A stretch of DNA of 63,857 nt, the filler included, from Sluysia triapertura (Eukaryota), in assembly GCA_046118255.1 (NCBI GenBank). It is 4 parts of 4 records of this genome, joined end to end, with 100 filler letters (N's around TTAATTAATTAA, not from the genome) between each part and the next. Parts side by side here need not be neighbours in the genome. Positions count along the whole stretch, not along the records: positions 1 to 19,354 come from JBJNIA010074274.1; positions 19,455 to 36,012 come from JBJNIA010201375.1; 2 more parts are not named here. The stretch is one strand, 5' to 3'. How positions within the stretch are numbered: position 1 is the first letter of the stretch; the number at the start of each line of letters is the position of its first letter. Made by a program: the position numbers and the translations under genes. The notes below the pieces were generated by a model. That model was not told the origin of the DNA. It ran no database searches and worked only from the letters and a program-made list of their open reading frames with translations. Shown in pieces: positions 12,619 through 24,497 of this stretch.

Positions 12619-14397
12619 CAGTAATTTAGAAGAACCTATACGGAGATGTAAAAGAATAAAGGTGTATTTTCTCACTTAAGACTCAAAACACTTCTTTCTG
12701 TGTTAAAATTATGCAGTTATTTCTCTTCAGAAATTGAATTTAATATTTTTTTCTTTAGTTCACAAATTATATGTTAGGTAATACTTTATACGAGTTTCAA
12801 AAACTGTATGAACCTTATTAATCTTGTTAAATTAATATTTTTTGTCGATTTTACAACCGAGTAAAATCGGTGGTCTTACTTTACAAATGTTTGCCAAACA
12901 ACCAAAAGAAAATTATAAAATTTATTATTAAACGAATATATAAAAATTATGCAAAATGTAGGATAATATATAAAGTTAAAAGTCTGATTTTTAAACTCCT
13001 CTTAAAAAGGGTTGTTAAAAATTTCAATTACGATTTTAAGTAAGATTTATTATTCGTTAAGTAAGTCTAACAGTATTACTTAAGAAATCAAACTAACAAA
13101 TAATATTATTTTTGAAAATCCTCAATCCAGTAATAAGCAAGAATGTATCTCTACAAAATGTATCTCTATATACTGATTTATCAGTTCGCTTTCTTAGCTG
13201 GACAATTATGAATATTTTAAGAAAAATGGGTTCGCCTACGCAGAACGGTTTATCTTAAAGAAGGACGCTTACGTAGGATTTTTTCAAGAGAAAAGTTGAT
13301 GCAGAGGGTCGCTGTGTCAAGTGCTATCGAATTTTAATTTGTCAATCTTTTACTCTCAAAAATTAATTTTAATTTTATACTAAGTTTTTATGAAACTTTT
13401 AACTTTACTCTATATTATTCACTCTAAACAACAAAAGCCTTTATAACGAATAAATTTATTAGAACAAAAAAAAATATAAAAACAATTTTAACAAGCAATA
13501 TGTATATCAAGTAATAAACTGTATATATATAATAAAAAGAATAACTTTAGATTTTAGTTTAATTTAATTTGACCAGTTAATCTTTGGGCGGAAAAATCAA
13601 ATGAGTTTGAGTAAAATGTTAAGACAATATTTATTTATGTCTAAAAACTTACCAAGAATAAGCTTACTTAAAAAGGTATTTCAATAATCAAAGATTTAGA
13701 TATATCCACTCGTAGTTATTTGGTAAACTCCTTAATAAATTTTTTCACTGAGATTTGTAAACTTTCCACGTATTAACGACGAAAACCAAACCAAAAGAAG
13801 TTTTACTTTTGACTAAACTGTTAAATTAAATTGTGTGGAAATTTATTATTCAATACCTTTTATAAACTTTTTCTGTTTACTCGTTGATGACTAATATTTA
13901 TCAATTAATTGTAAATTTAAAACTTTGAATATTTGATTTGTTCAACGGAAATAAAGTTTTAGATAAATATAAACATTAATTTTCAATTAATTGAACATCA
14001 ATTATTAATTAATTATTAACTGTAAAATTCTTTAATATTTATGAGTAATAATAATATAATTTTTATTAATGCATGAACATAAATAATTAATATAAAAATA
14101 AAATAATATTTACAGATGATATATTTTTTACAGTTCCTTACAATACTTACAATATTTACATATCAAAGAATTTGTTTCCAAGTAATAATTGATCCAACTA
14201 TTTTTACCAAGTATGAAACAATATTAAAACTTCAAATTTGTGTTTGATTATTGTGTTAAAATTTTAAAAATTTCAAATTTTTTTTGTATGATTTTTGCAA
14301 TTTCAACATTATATTTATATTAAAGGTCTAGGGACCTTGAAGCATAAAGAAAAACAATAGGAATTTGAATGTAATTATTATTTTTATTATTATAATT

Positions 14398-14575
14398 TAT
14401 TTTTAGAAATTATAATTTTAAAATTATTTTTTGAAATTGTAAATCGATAATTATTAGAAACACAATTACATAAATTCGACATACATTATTAAAATTATTT
14501 TTTGAAATTATAAATTTACACAGTTATTTTTAGAAATTATAAATAATTACAAAAACACAATTACATAAAATCGAT
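14398..14575. repeat. Degenerate tandem duplication
   Basis: Recurring TTATTTTT(A/G)GAAATTATAA and AAACACAATTACATAAA units. Confidence 0.6.
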
Positions 14576-16730
14576 TGATTATTTCTATCTACAAATTTAA
14601 TCTTATCTACAAATTTGATCTTTGATCTCTGACAGATTAAAACCAAAGAGTTTATAATCTAAAACTTACTGTATTTTGGTTCATAAAAAAACCTTGAAGT
14701 CAGATTTGTTGACACCGATTTAATTTGGTGTAAAATATTAAGATCTGAATTTTTGAAGAATATTTTAATTTTAACTGTTAACATTTTCATTTCATTGCAG
14801 TATTGCGTTTATATTTTATATAAAAATTACAAGTTGATTTTATTCTTTTCTTTTCTACATTGATACATTTTAGAGTAAAGTTTATTTTTTGTATGATAAA
14901 AATATTAATTACTTTTTTTATTTGTGTTTATAAAAAATTAATAATAAAAAGATTTGTTAATGTTTCGTTGCATCGTAACCTTAACAATTAATAATTTAAT
15001 GCAAATACGTTCAGAAAATCGATTTAACATGTACGTAAATTGAAGTTTGTAAGTAAAGATTGCATATACTTACTTTTATATAACATGGATTTTAGTTGAA
15101 TCCTTGTAGAATCCGTTTTTGCATTCAGGTTCATAAGAAACTATACCATTGTTATGTTGAGGTGCAGACCTAAGGTGCCATTGAAAATAATTATAATGTA
15201 ATTGAGTATTGTAAGTGTTGTAATGTATAAATGTATTAAATATAGTAATATAATATTGTTATATTTGAATTTATGTAATATGTTTAATTAATATTTTATT
15301 GTAATACAAAGTAATAATTGTTATTTAAATATTTAGTATTTATTAAAATTTATTATTATTTATTTAAATATTATTATTATTTCAAATTATGCTATTTTTA
15401 TTAATAATATTATTATTAAAAGTATCTATTAGCATTACTGTTAATATTATTATAAAAGCATTATTATTTCTTACAATCGATGAATTTGTTAGAATCAATG
15501 AATCACATATTAGTGCATTAAGGGTCAAATAACCTTAACTTTTTAAACAAATATAAATAGACGCTCTAAAACACATTAAACAATTTGATTTTGATTTTGA
15601 TTAATCTAATCACTAGAATCACACGATTTTAAATTATTTATTTTTGAATTGATTATTTACTTCGTGATTAATATTTTTATCAAGTGCACAAGTTTTTAAA
15701 GATTTTTCATTATTTTGATCTTGGAGAATCATTTGTTTTAACGAAGTACACAATCCTATTAATTTTAATTTTTGAGTATTCGTTAGTTTTTATTGATTAC
15801 TAAGTAGTAATTTTTAAATAACATTAAAATCTCACGTAATATTTATGTATTAATTCTGTAATACTTCATTACATTTATAATTTTGTTTTTTGTAACCATT
15901 CCAAACAAATATTATTGCAAATAATATTGATAACATTTAATACTTCTATTATGGAATTTGATCCAATTTTTATATCAGTGATTTTAAAGACAAATTATTA
16001 CGATTATAATAATAACGTTTTATCATATTTTATGATATTTTAAAAATATTTAAAATTTTTATATTTTGTCTAACATTTAAATAAACCTTTGATATTGAGT
16101 TCATGAGATTTTGATAAATATTGATTAAAGTTTATTGTATTAAATTCCCTAAATAAGTTCATAAAATTGTTATAATAAGATTATTTGTGCAAATTAATTT
16201 CATAAGAATAGATATACATTATTTTTAATCATTGGATTTATTTGTATTATTTCAAGTTTAAAGTTTAAATCATTCGTAATTCAGAAGAAAAATATCTGCA
16301 ACGTTTTTATTAAGTTATACATTGTTTTAACTTACCGTTGTATCTTTATTAAACCCATAGATTAATTTACATGGTATTAAAAATAATCAATATAATTATA
16401 ATAAAACTAAAATTCAATTTGTAGATCCTTACATGTTGGATCAGATTTAATATATCAACATTTTATAATCTCGCGGAAAGTAAGTCAGAATTTTCTTTGA
16501 CCTCCATTACGTCCAATTTCTTTTACGTTGTCATCTCTGCATCAGCCTTAAGTGTGTAAGCTCGGTGTCATAGAGAAATAAGCGTAAATATATAAATAAA
16601 ATTAAAAGTTTTTTGAATGAACCCAAATTCTCAGATAATATAAACTATAATTAAATATTAAATATAATTAAATAAACTATAATTAAATAATTAAAGTGTT
16701 TAAAATTCTCACAGTATAATAAAATCAAAT

Positions 16731-16818
16731 TGTTAGACGGGACTGATAGCTTAGTGGTCAGAGCATCGAACTGCTAGATAAGAGGGCCCGGATTCAGTCC
16801 ATTTAATGAAGTCTAACA
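16731..16818 (+). mobile_element. tRNA-derived short element with inverted termini, copy 2
   Basis: TGTTAGAC-G-GGACTGA TAGCTTAGTGG...TCAGTCC A TTT AATGAA-GTCTAACA. Acceptor stem GGACTGA/TCAGTCC is perfect; T-arm partly deleted. Confidence 0.8.
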
Positions 16819-17059
16819 ATTATATCTTTATTGTTATATTTCAAAGGTATATTATATAATAGTCTGGCTACGAGAAGAAGTTTGACGTTTCATCAGTAAT
16901 TATATTTTAAATCTTGCTTACATATAGCTGGACTATTTCCAACAATTATTATCCAAGCAAAAGAAGCTTTTGTTGATTTTATTAGTTGTTTATTTATGTG
17001 GTATTATTCATATGTAATCCTAATTTTCAATTAAAGAAAGTGTATAAAGAGAAAGTTAA

Positions 17060-17122
17060 ACTAAACTGCTGCTAAAAAAACCCAAATTCAAATACAGCTA
17101 GTCCATTTTCGGAGGTCTAACA
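17060..17122 (+). mobile_element. tRNA-derived short element, decayed 3' part
   Basis: ...TTCAAATACAGCTAGTCCATTTTCGGAGGTCTAACA matches the family 3' end. Confidence 0.5.
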
Positions 17123-17658
17123 GTATAAATAATAGAATTTCAAGAAAATCATGTCTGATATTAAATATTCTTTTGTATTCCTTTTCTAAAAACGCTACCT
17201 ATAAAATGCTAGCTATTCTTAAAACACTTAATTATGTTAATATTCCTTCAATGCGAGTAGATATTCTGCTAAATTAACAAAGAATAAAACGAATAGTAAA
17301 GCAGACACGTCTTACTATCTTATAACAAATTTAAAACATTTAACTTCATGTAAAAACATTCAAATAAAATTAAGTGTGGATAATAAGTAAAGTAGCTTTA
17401 TTTATTATCAATCAACTTTAAATTATTGAATAGCTGTCAAACTAACACTAAAAATAAACCAGTAAAAAGCATATAATAATTATAATTCTTATTTTAAATC
17501 AGACCAATAATTTGACTTTTTAAATAAAATTTAACAGTTCTAAATTATTTTTAAATAAACGAAGTCTAACTTAATATATATAATGGATTAATTTAATCAA
17601 TATTTAATATAGTAAAATCTACAAATCTAAATTAAAAATTATTCAAAAAATATTGAAA

Positions 17659-18138
17659 ATGATTATGAACCGCAGTCATGTTTTAGATCGAACGAAGTTG
17701 TTTTGTAAACAGTTACGTGAACAATATCAATCAAAAGATTGTATAGAATCAACGTATACGCCAGATAAAACTGGACTCAAGTTGTCTGATTTGCCATTTT
17801 ATAACTTAACTCGGGCTCCTTATTATGAAACATTATTGAACATACAACCACATGTTGAAAAGTTCACGTATGATGAATTTGATCGATTGAAAGCTAGAGT
17901 TTACAATTTGCCTAGTACTACAACTAATAATGATTATGTTAGCGTGTATCGAAGAGATTATGTCAAGGAACTATTAACACCTCCTAAAAAGACTACTACT
18001 GCTGAAAAAGTTAAAGAACAGACTTTTGGTTATGATTACATAACAAATTTTGACATACCACATTTCTATGACATGTATAATGCCCAAAAGCTTGATCCAG
18101 AAGAAAAGCCTCTTTGTGGTGAGTTGGACAAAAAATAA
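17659..18138 (+). CDS. Intact single-exon ORF (~159 aa), unknown; weak resemblance to ciliary microtubule-inner proteins
   Basis: Uninterrupted ORF with coding-like composition in AT-rich context; SVYRRDY and STYTPD resemble Mn/SAXO-type repeats (inference). Confidence 0.65.
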   Translation: MIMNRSHVLDRTKLFCKQLREQYQSKDCIESTYTPDKTGLKLSDLPFYNLTRAPYYETLLNIQPHVEKFTYDEFDRLKARVYNLPSTTTNNDYVSVYRRDYVKELLTPPKKTTTAEKVKEQTFGYDYITNFDIPHFYDMYNAQKLDPEEKPLCGELDKK

Positions 18139-18149
18139 CCTTTATGTAA

Positions 18150-19130
18150 AATCATTTATGGTTCCAACATTCACTTAGCTTTTCAAAGTATAAAATGTAA
18201 TGTTTTATGTAATATATAATTTGTATTTTGACTTCTAAAATCAAACGTTTACGAAACAAGGCTTTATATATTATCAATGCGATAATTGTTAAATCTATCT
18301 TTATATGATCATTAATTTTTGTGTTCCCGGCAATTTTCATCTGTCATTCATCTGCCATTTATGACTGTTGTATGATATTTGACGAGTTTTTTCTACATAT
18401 TCCATTAATATTCTTTTTATTGAATGTGGTGCTTTAGATAACAATTACGAATATCATAAGTGAAAAATATTTTGAAAGGTAATAAATCTTTACTTAAAAA
18501 CACTATTGTTAACAATAATAAATCGTCATATCCTAATATAAATTACTTTAAAGTAGTGTCTTCAATAAAATAATTTGGTGGAAACTTCTCTAATGTCTTT
18601 GTTGGCTAGATGTACTATCTCACCCTCTTAATTTTTTCTCACAATAAACTTTTTATACCAAAGAGATGTATTCTCCAATTCCATTAGGATTAATATTTAA
18701 TTTTGCAATTGGCGTCAAATAATAAAAACAAAACAAAAATGTGACTTAGTATTTAAGAATGAACTCCAAATTGTTGCATTTGTTTATCTATTTAAATATC
18801 TAAGAAAGCCAATGGCTTTCAGTGATTTCCTATTTATAGAAATTTAAGTGTTTGTAAAAATGATTTATATTACAATTTTCGTTCAATTCGCGCCTTTGAA
18901 ACCAATTCTCATTCCTAACTTACGATATTCCATGTATATGTACAATGACAGCCATATTTGTGATATTTTGTAATAGAAATTTAATATTTTTCAAAATAAT
19001 TATTAATTTGTAAATACGGTATTCAGAGTTGCAAAACTGATAGTACCTATTTCAGTATTATACTTCCAAGTTGTGGTATTTATCTCTGTTGATAAAGCTG
19101 TTACTCATGGTATATATGAATTGCATATTT
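18150..19130 (-). pseudogene. Decayed coding region, product unknown
   Basis: Long protein-like frame YLTPIAKLNINPNGIGEYISLV*KVYCEKK...FPPNYFIEDTTLK*FILGYDDLLLL with many stops; includes ORF 18152-18340. Confidence 0.4.
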
Positions 19131-19227
19131 ATGTAAAATAATTTAAAGGTCTAAAGTACAGAAAGTCAAATATTAAATTTTAAAGTTTTTAAATTATATG
19201 TATAAAAGTTTAATTGTTTAAAAATCC

Positions 19228-19354
19228 ATTGGAAATTTTATAATTAAATCAATTTAATTAAGTAAGAATAATTGTTTGAAATTTTATGAAATAATCAATT
19301 TAATTAAATAAGAAAATTGTTGGAAATTTTATGAAATAATCAATTAAATAAGAA
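19228..19354. repeat. ~40-45-bp tandem repeat, three copies, running into a gap
   Basis: tggaaattttatgaaataatcaatttaattaaataagaa-type unit repeated three times. Confidence 0.8.
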
Positions 19355-19454
19355 NNNNNNNNNNNNNNNNNNNNNNNNNNNNNNNNNNNNNNNNNNNNTT
19401 AATTAATTAANNNNNNNNNNNNNNNNNNNNNNNNNNNNNNNNNNNNNNNNNNNN
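19355..19454. other. Assembly gap with artificial TTAATTAATTAA spacer (same at 36013-36112 and 51923-52022; plain gaps at 29743-29883 and 53960-54109)
   Basis: Identical 100-bp N-TTAATTAATTAA-N construct three times (six-frame stop linker). Confidence 0.95.
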
Positions 19455-20234
19455 GTAACAAAGAAAACGCATAAATTTCTTTATCTTTCGAAACTTATAC
19501 ATGATCTTACTTTCATCTTTACTTTTCTGAATATATTGAAATTTAAAATGAAGAAGAAGCACGATCTGTTGTTATATGTATGGTTTTCCTTATTAATTTA
19601 CGAGTCTTAATGATATTTCTGCTAATGTTCTAGATAAAATGATGTTTCTATTTGAAAATGTTATTAAAACGTACATGATTCTGACTTAATTATTTTGAAG
19701 TAGTGTAAGTGTTGAGAAGAGTGCAGAATGTTCACTGGTGTTTTGAAAGAAAGTCCTATTTGGTTGTTGGAACTTAATGATAAACGATCGTGCATTTAGA
19801 ATGTTTGGGTTATTTTTTGAAGATTTTTAGTAAGTAATCTTGAATGTAATTATGATTGAATTGTTAAGAATGAAGAATAAGTGTTTTGAATGATTTTTGC
19901 TGTAGTTTAATGGTTTGAAATGTAATTGTGATTTGAATGGTATGAGGTATCGAATACATATTTTAATGAATTGTTTAATGTAACTTGATGAGATTGTAGA
20001 TTTACAATGTTTTGAAAGGTTAATGTTTATTTTGATAGATGTGAAGCGAAATGAGGTATGAAAGCGATTGAGGTGAATTTTACAGAATTGTTATGTTGTT
20101 AAAGAATATGATTTTAGATATGATGAGTTAGTTTCAAATGGATTTAAAATGTGTAAATTGTATTTGGAAGTTTATGCTTTTAATGTGTTTAAATTTTTAT
20201 GGATTTGGTTAAGTTTAGTGAGTTGGCCACCAGA
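19455..20234 (-). mobile_element. TGT-headed A/C-skewed element
   Basis: Minus-strand head TCTGGTGGCCAACT; 3' end TAAGATCATGTATAAGTTTCGAAAGATAAAGAAATTTATGCG...TTTGTTAC matches the other copies. Confidence 0.7.
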
Positions 20235-20859
20235 GTTGCGATATTATTACCAATTAATTTATAAATTAAAATTCTTCTGAAAAAACCCTAATTTTATTTT
20301 ATTTTAATAGTTATATTAATTGTACTGTTGAAAAGTGTAAATATCAATTAAAGAAAATTCAATAAAAATCTGAAGTTACATGAAAAATTTCAAACTGTTT
20401 TTTTCTTAATTTAAACTCGTAAATGTTATGATTAATTTTTGTTTACTTAAAAGTTATTCGCAATATGACTTTTAGTTTTATTCTGTTATAATTACTCCAG
20501 CTTAGCTTTATTTATAAATAGTTTATATGAAAATTGGAGTCTGTTCATCTCTGATGTAAGAGATAAAGGTGCTAAAAAATTTTAAACTTTTCAAACTTAA
20601 CTAAAGCATATTAAACTAAACAAAATCTATAAATTACTCTAATTTTTGTGATGTGATATTATAGTATTTATTGAATTGTTTAAAAGATACTTTAATGTTA
20701 TTTAAATTAAAGTTAACATAATGCGAATTATTAATACTAAAATAAAAATTAAGAATATTAACGTTTGACGTTTGATAAGTATTTATTGAAATTTCTTTTA
20801 TCACTTTTTAAATTAAGATTAAATTTACTAAAAATTGAATAAGAGAGATAATACAAACA

Positions 20860-21762
20860 TTATATATTAAAGTTGAAATTTAATGAAATAATAACTAAAA
20901 AGTTTAATGTTAACATTTTGCTAAACATAAAATATTGGAATGTTGCTGAAAATATCTCAGGCAGGACTTTAAATTGATCAATAAACGAATCAACATTGTC
21001 TAAAGAATGAAAATATAAATATCGTACATAAAATAAATCTGTATCTCTGATCTTGAAAATCATTCTTCGAGATGTTACTAAATTCGGTGTATCATATTGT
21101 GTGCAAGAGATGTTTAAGGGACCAGTAGTTTGATTAAATCGCATGGATCTTTAAAAGCGACATCACTAATGATCACGACATCGCTAATGAAAACTAGTAA
21201 CGTAGAAATTTTCATAATAACTTTTATTAGTTTTAATATAATTTTCAATATTAACTAATCTCATGACGAATTTAGATGGAATTATCATCCATATCATTTT
21301 AGTAGGTGAAGTTAAACATTTCTTTGTAAATCTAAGATAAAGTAAGTCGATGGCATAATATTTTATTCGACGTTTCGTAGCTACTTTCATAAAATAACAT
21401 CTGAATTTTCTGTAAACGTCAACGAGATATTGAGGTTCATCTCCAAAACATAAATGGTTAGTTATAGAATTTAATGTATCTAATCTTGAAGTGAACATAG
21501 TATAACATTGGCTATTTTTCATTGCTGCTATAGATAATTTTGACATCTCTTTACAATTATTTCCGTGTAAATGATCCTCTGTTATAGATTTGTCCGATGA
21601 TTCTCGTTTATAAGTCATAGAGAATGAAGTTAGTGGCATTATTGGTAGTTGTGTACCATCGTCATTCTTAGGTTCACCACCAATGTATACGACATAATTT
21701 GCAACAAACATTAAAAAAGGATTTCAAAATAATTGTCATAAAATAATAAATTTTTTTGCCAT
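20860..21762 (-). pseudogene. Interrupted orphan gene (ORFs 21184-21711 and 20860-21144)
   Basis: Two coding-like ORFs separated by a short tandem duplication containing stops; the upstream ATG at 21762 is in frame but followed by two TGA codons. Confidence 0.5.
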
Positions 21763-22115
21763 AAAATTTTCAATCTTTTAAAAGTTTTAATGCTTATTGT
21801 AATTGTGTTTAAAATGGACTAGAAAATTGTGAATTTTAATGCTGAGTACTCTGTCTAAATTGTGAAGGAAAATAAAGTGTGTTAGCGTTTTCTTAAAAAA
21901 GACTTAAACTTATTCACTGCAAATTATCTGATAAGTCGGTTCGCCTAATATATACGATTTGTACCACTATTGGAGACATACTATTAGGTTTACTTAATTC
22001 TACTAAACTAAACTAACTTTTCACTTAGGACTTATCTTTAATATCAATCACTTTAATTATTTTGTGTTACAACCTTTTACTAGGTTTGTTTAATTGAAAA
22101 TTTATATTTTATAAA

Positions 22116-22410
22116 TTACGCGACCCGTATTAAGGTGTTGCTTTTAAAAACCCTTTGATGAATTTATATATTACGCAACCCGTATTAAGGTGTTCCTTTT
22201 GAGAAAACGAATTTTAAATTAATTATGCGAAGTAAAAAGTTACTCGAACTTATTAACATGTATTAATAAATAAATTTACAGTGAAATAAAAAGTAAACTG
22301 ACAATGCAACAGGGTAATTATAATAAAGATAATAGTTGTTTATTCAACCTCGGTTGGTAGTTGCGTTAAATGTTAAATGATTTTTCGCAACCCGTATTAA
22401 AATGTTGCAT
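22116..22410. repeat. Three copies of a ~23-bp motif CGCAACCCGTATTAAGGTGTTGC
   Basis: Copies at ~22119, ~22174 and ~22386; imperfect hairpin GCAAC...GTTGC. Confidence 0.75.
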
Positions 22411-23282
22411 GAAACAAAAAGATTTTACGTAGTATTTTACACTTCCTATTAAAGTGAAGTGGTTCCAAAACTTATAAAAAAATTAATTATTTTGATGACA
22501 TGGAAATTTGTCTAATTCCTAAAATGTTCTTTTATATATATAAATTTTACTTACAAGATGGCTTCTGTTCTTTACTTATTAATAATAATTTACTTAATTT
22601 TTTCTTTATTTTGATTCGAAAAATAAATTATTAAAAATAAAATTACTTTTCTTTATTAATTTGAATTTTCTTACTTTGTCAAATTAAAACAAAATTTTTA
22701 TTTTGAATTTTCTTTATTAATTAAAACAAAAAAATTTTCATTATACAAAATTATTTAATTTCTTTTAATGATTTTTTATGAATTTAATTTTATAATTTAT
22801 AATATAAAATAATGAATTTTTATAAATAAAAAAATAAAATTTTCAATACTATTAATGAACATAAATAAATAAATTAATGAACCAAAACAAAATAAATAAC
22901 TTTACACGTGTAACTAACTCTTGTAAAATTTCAGTGTCCAATAAAAAGCAACTGTTTTGTTACTACATAAAATTTACATAATCTTTAATAAAACAAAACT
23001 GTCAGATGATGACAGTAAATAAATTATTAGATAATTAAAAATGTCGGAATTGACAGAATTATATTACTTATACTAATAATGATAATAATAATAAAATAAA
23101 AATAAAATGAAAATAATAATAGTAAAATGAATTTCTTCTTTAGTAAATATTTCTTGATAGTGTCTTATCCTTTTCTAAATTAACTTGCATGAAATAATGT
23201 AAGATACCATATAACAACTACTCTGATTCTTTCTGGCGTTTCTGCATCTGTTTCAGTTTTAGGAGTTTTAAGTGTTTCTGTG

Positions 23283-24113
23283 TGTAGTGGCCAATTCTTA
23301 ATTTCCTAAAAATCTCACAATTTTAATGCCAATTTTACTCAACATATTCAAATCACAACAATCAGTTTACAAAAAAACATAACACTTAAATCAGTCACAT
23401 TTCATATTATCGAATTACATTAACTGATTCATCATAAACAACATTTGACATTCATAATAAGTAAACAACATATATTTCTTAAACAACTCGTCTAATACTC
23501 TCAACCAGTCATCTCACACCATACTTTGATAATTAAGACCAAGGAATCCATAACATTCACTCAATAGTCATCATCTCAAACAATCACAACACATAATATT
23601 TAAATCATAAATGTATCAACACTACCCAACAACACTAACAAATACCTGAAACATAGAAAGCATTTGTGTTACAACTTCGAATCAGTTGTACTAATTCAAA
23701 CCCATTTCAGCTACACATAACCATTATCAACATTTTACAACAACATTGTGAATACACTAAGATTTGTTTTGTAATTGTTTTTCAAATCAAATAAACTATA
23801 ACCTATTAACTAGTCTTTTAAACCATTACATTCAATGCATAAATCGTATTTTTAATTATGAAACTTTAAATAAATCTCAAGAAATTATTCTAACATCCTT
23901 CATTCCAGTTACAACTTAAAGCATTTCTCTGTTTTTACAAAATAAAATTTATGTACAAGTAGAGCATAATGTACCGTGTTATTGTTGCTCCTTCACATAT
24001 TATCAACAGCTTTTATCTTTCATTTTTAACTCCATATGTAAGAATTAAAGAATTCGACAGAAAAGTTCGTGTAAATTTCAAAAGAGAGATTTATGCGATT
24101 TATTTTTGTTAGA
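23283..24113 (+). mobile_element. TGT-headed A/C-skewed element (cassette A)
   Basis: Head TGTAGTGGCCAATTC; conserved 3' end ...AAAAGAGAGATTTATGCG; followed by (AAT)/(TTA) tract. Confidence 0.7.
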
Positions 24114-24202
24114 CGATAATAATAATAGCAATATTATTGTTATTATTATTATAATCAATCATCAAACCATTTTCAAACATTTTGTTTACTTATTAGTTGT
24201 CG

Positions 24203-24365
24203 CCATCATCAATATTGACACTCTGTTCACTATTTTATTAATATGTCAATATTGATGATAGTAAATCATCAAAAAACTAATTTGCTATTTGATCATTAAA
24301 TATCATCCAATCACGACTGTAGTGTATATATAATCATTTTTGAAGTCGTGATTGGATAACAAATC
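24203..24365 (+). promoter_or_regulatory. Dyad + CCAAT module (cassette A)
   Basis: CCATCATCAATATTGACA (24203-24220) / TGTCAATATTGATGATAG (24244-24261), then a perfect 14-bp IR ATCCAATCACGACT (24305-24318) / AGTCGTGATTGGAT (24344-24357). Confidence 0.75.
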
Positions 24366-24497
24366 GTAATATACTCACTATCAGTGTTATTATTGACTAA
24401 AAATATCATTAGAGTGATTAGTAAATACAAAAATAATTACAACTTTTTGGTGAAATTTACTAAATGCATTTTTACAATAATAAGATTTTAAAAAGTT

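Noticed and set aside
16740-16801. Functional tRNA genes
   Set aside because: Anticodon arms are mispaired and differ between copies; treated as a tRNA-derived repeat.
19355-19454. TTAATTAATTAA palindrome inside N-runs (three times)
   Set aside because: Identical 100-bp construct each time; a scaffolding linker, not biology.
22116-22410. CRISPR array
   Set aside because: Three irregularly spaced repeats, eukaryotic context, no cas genes.
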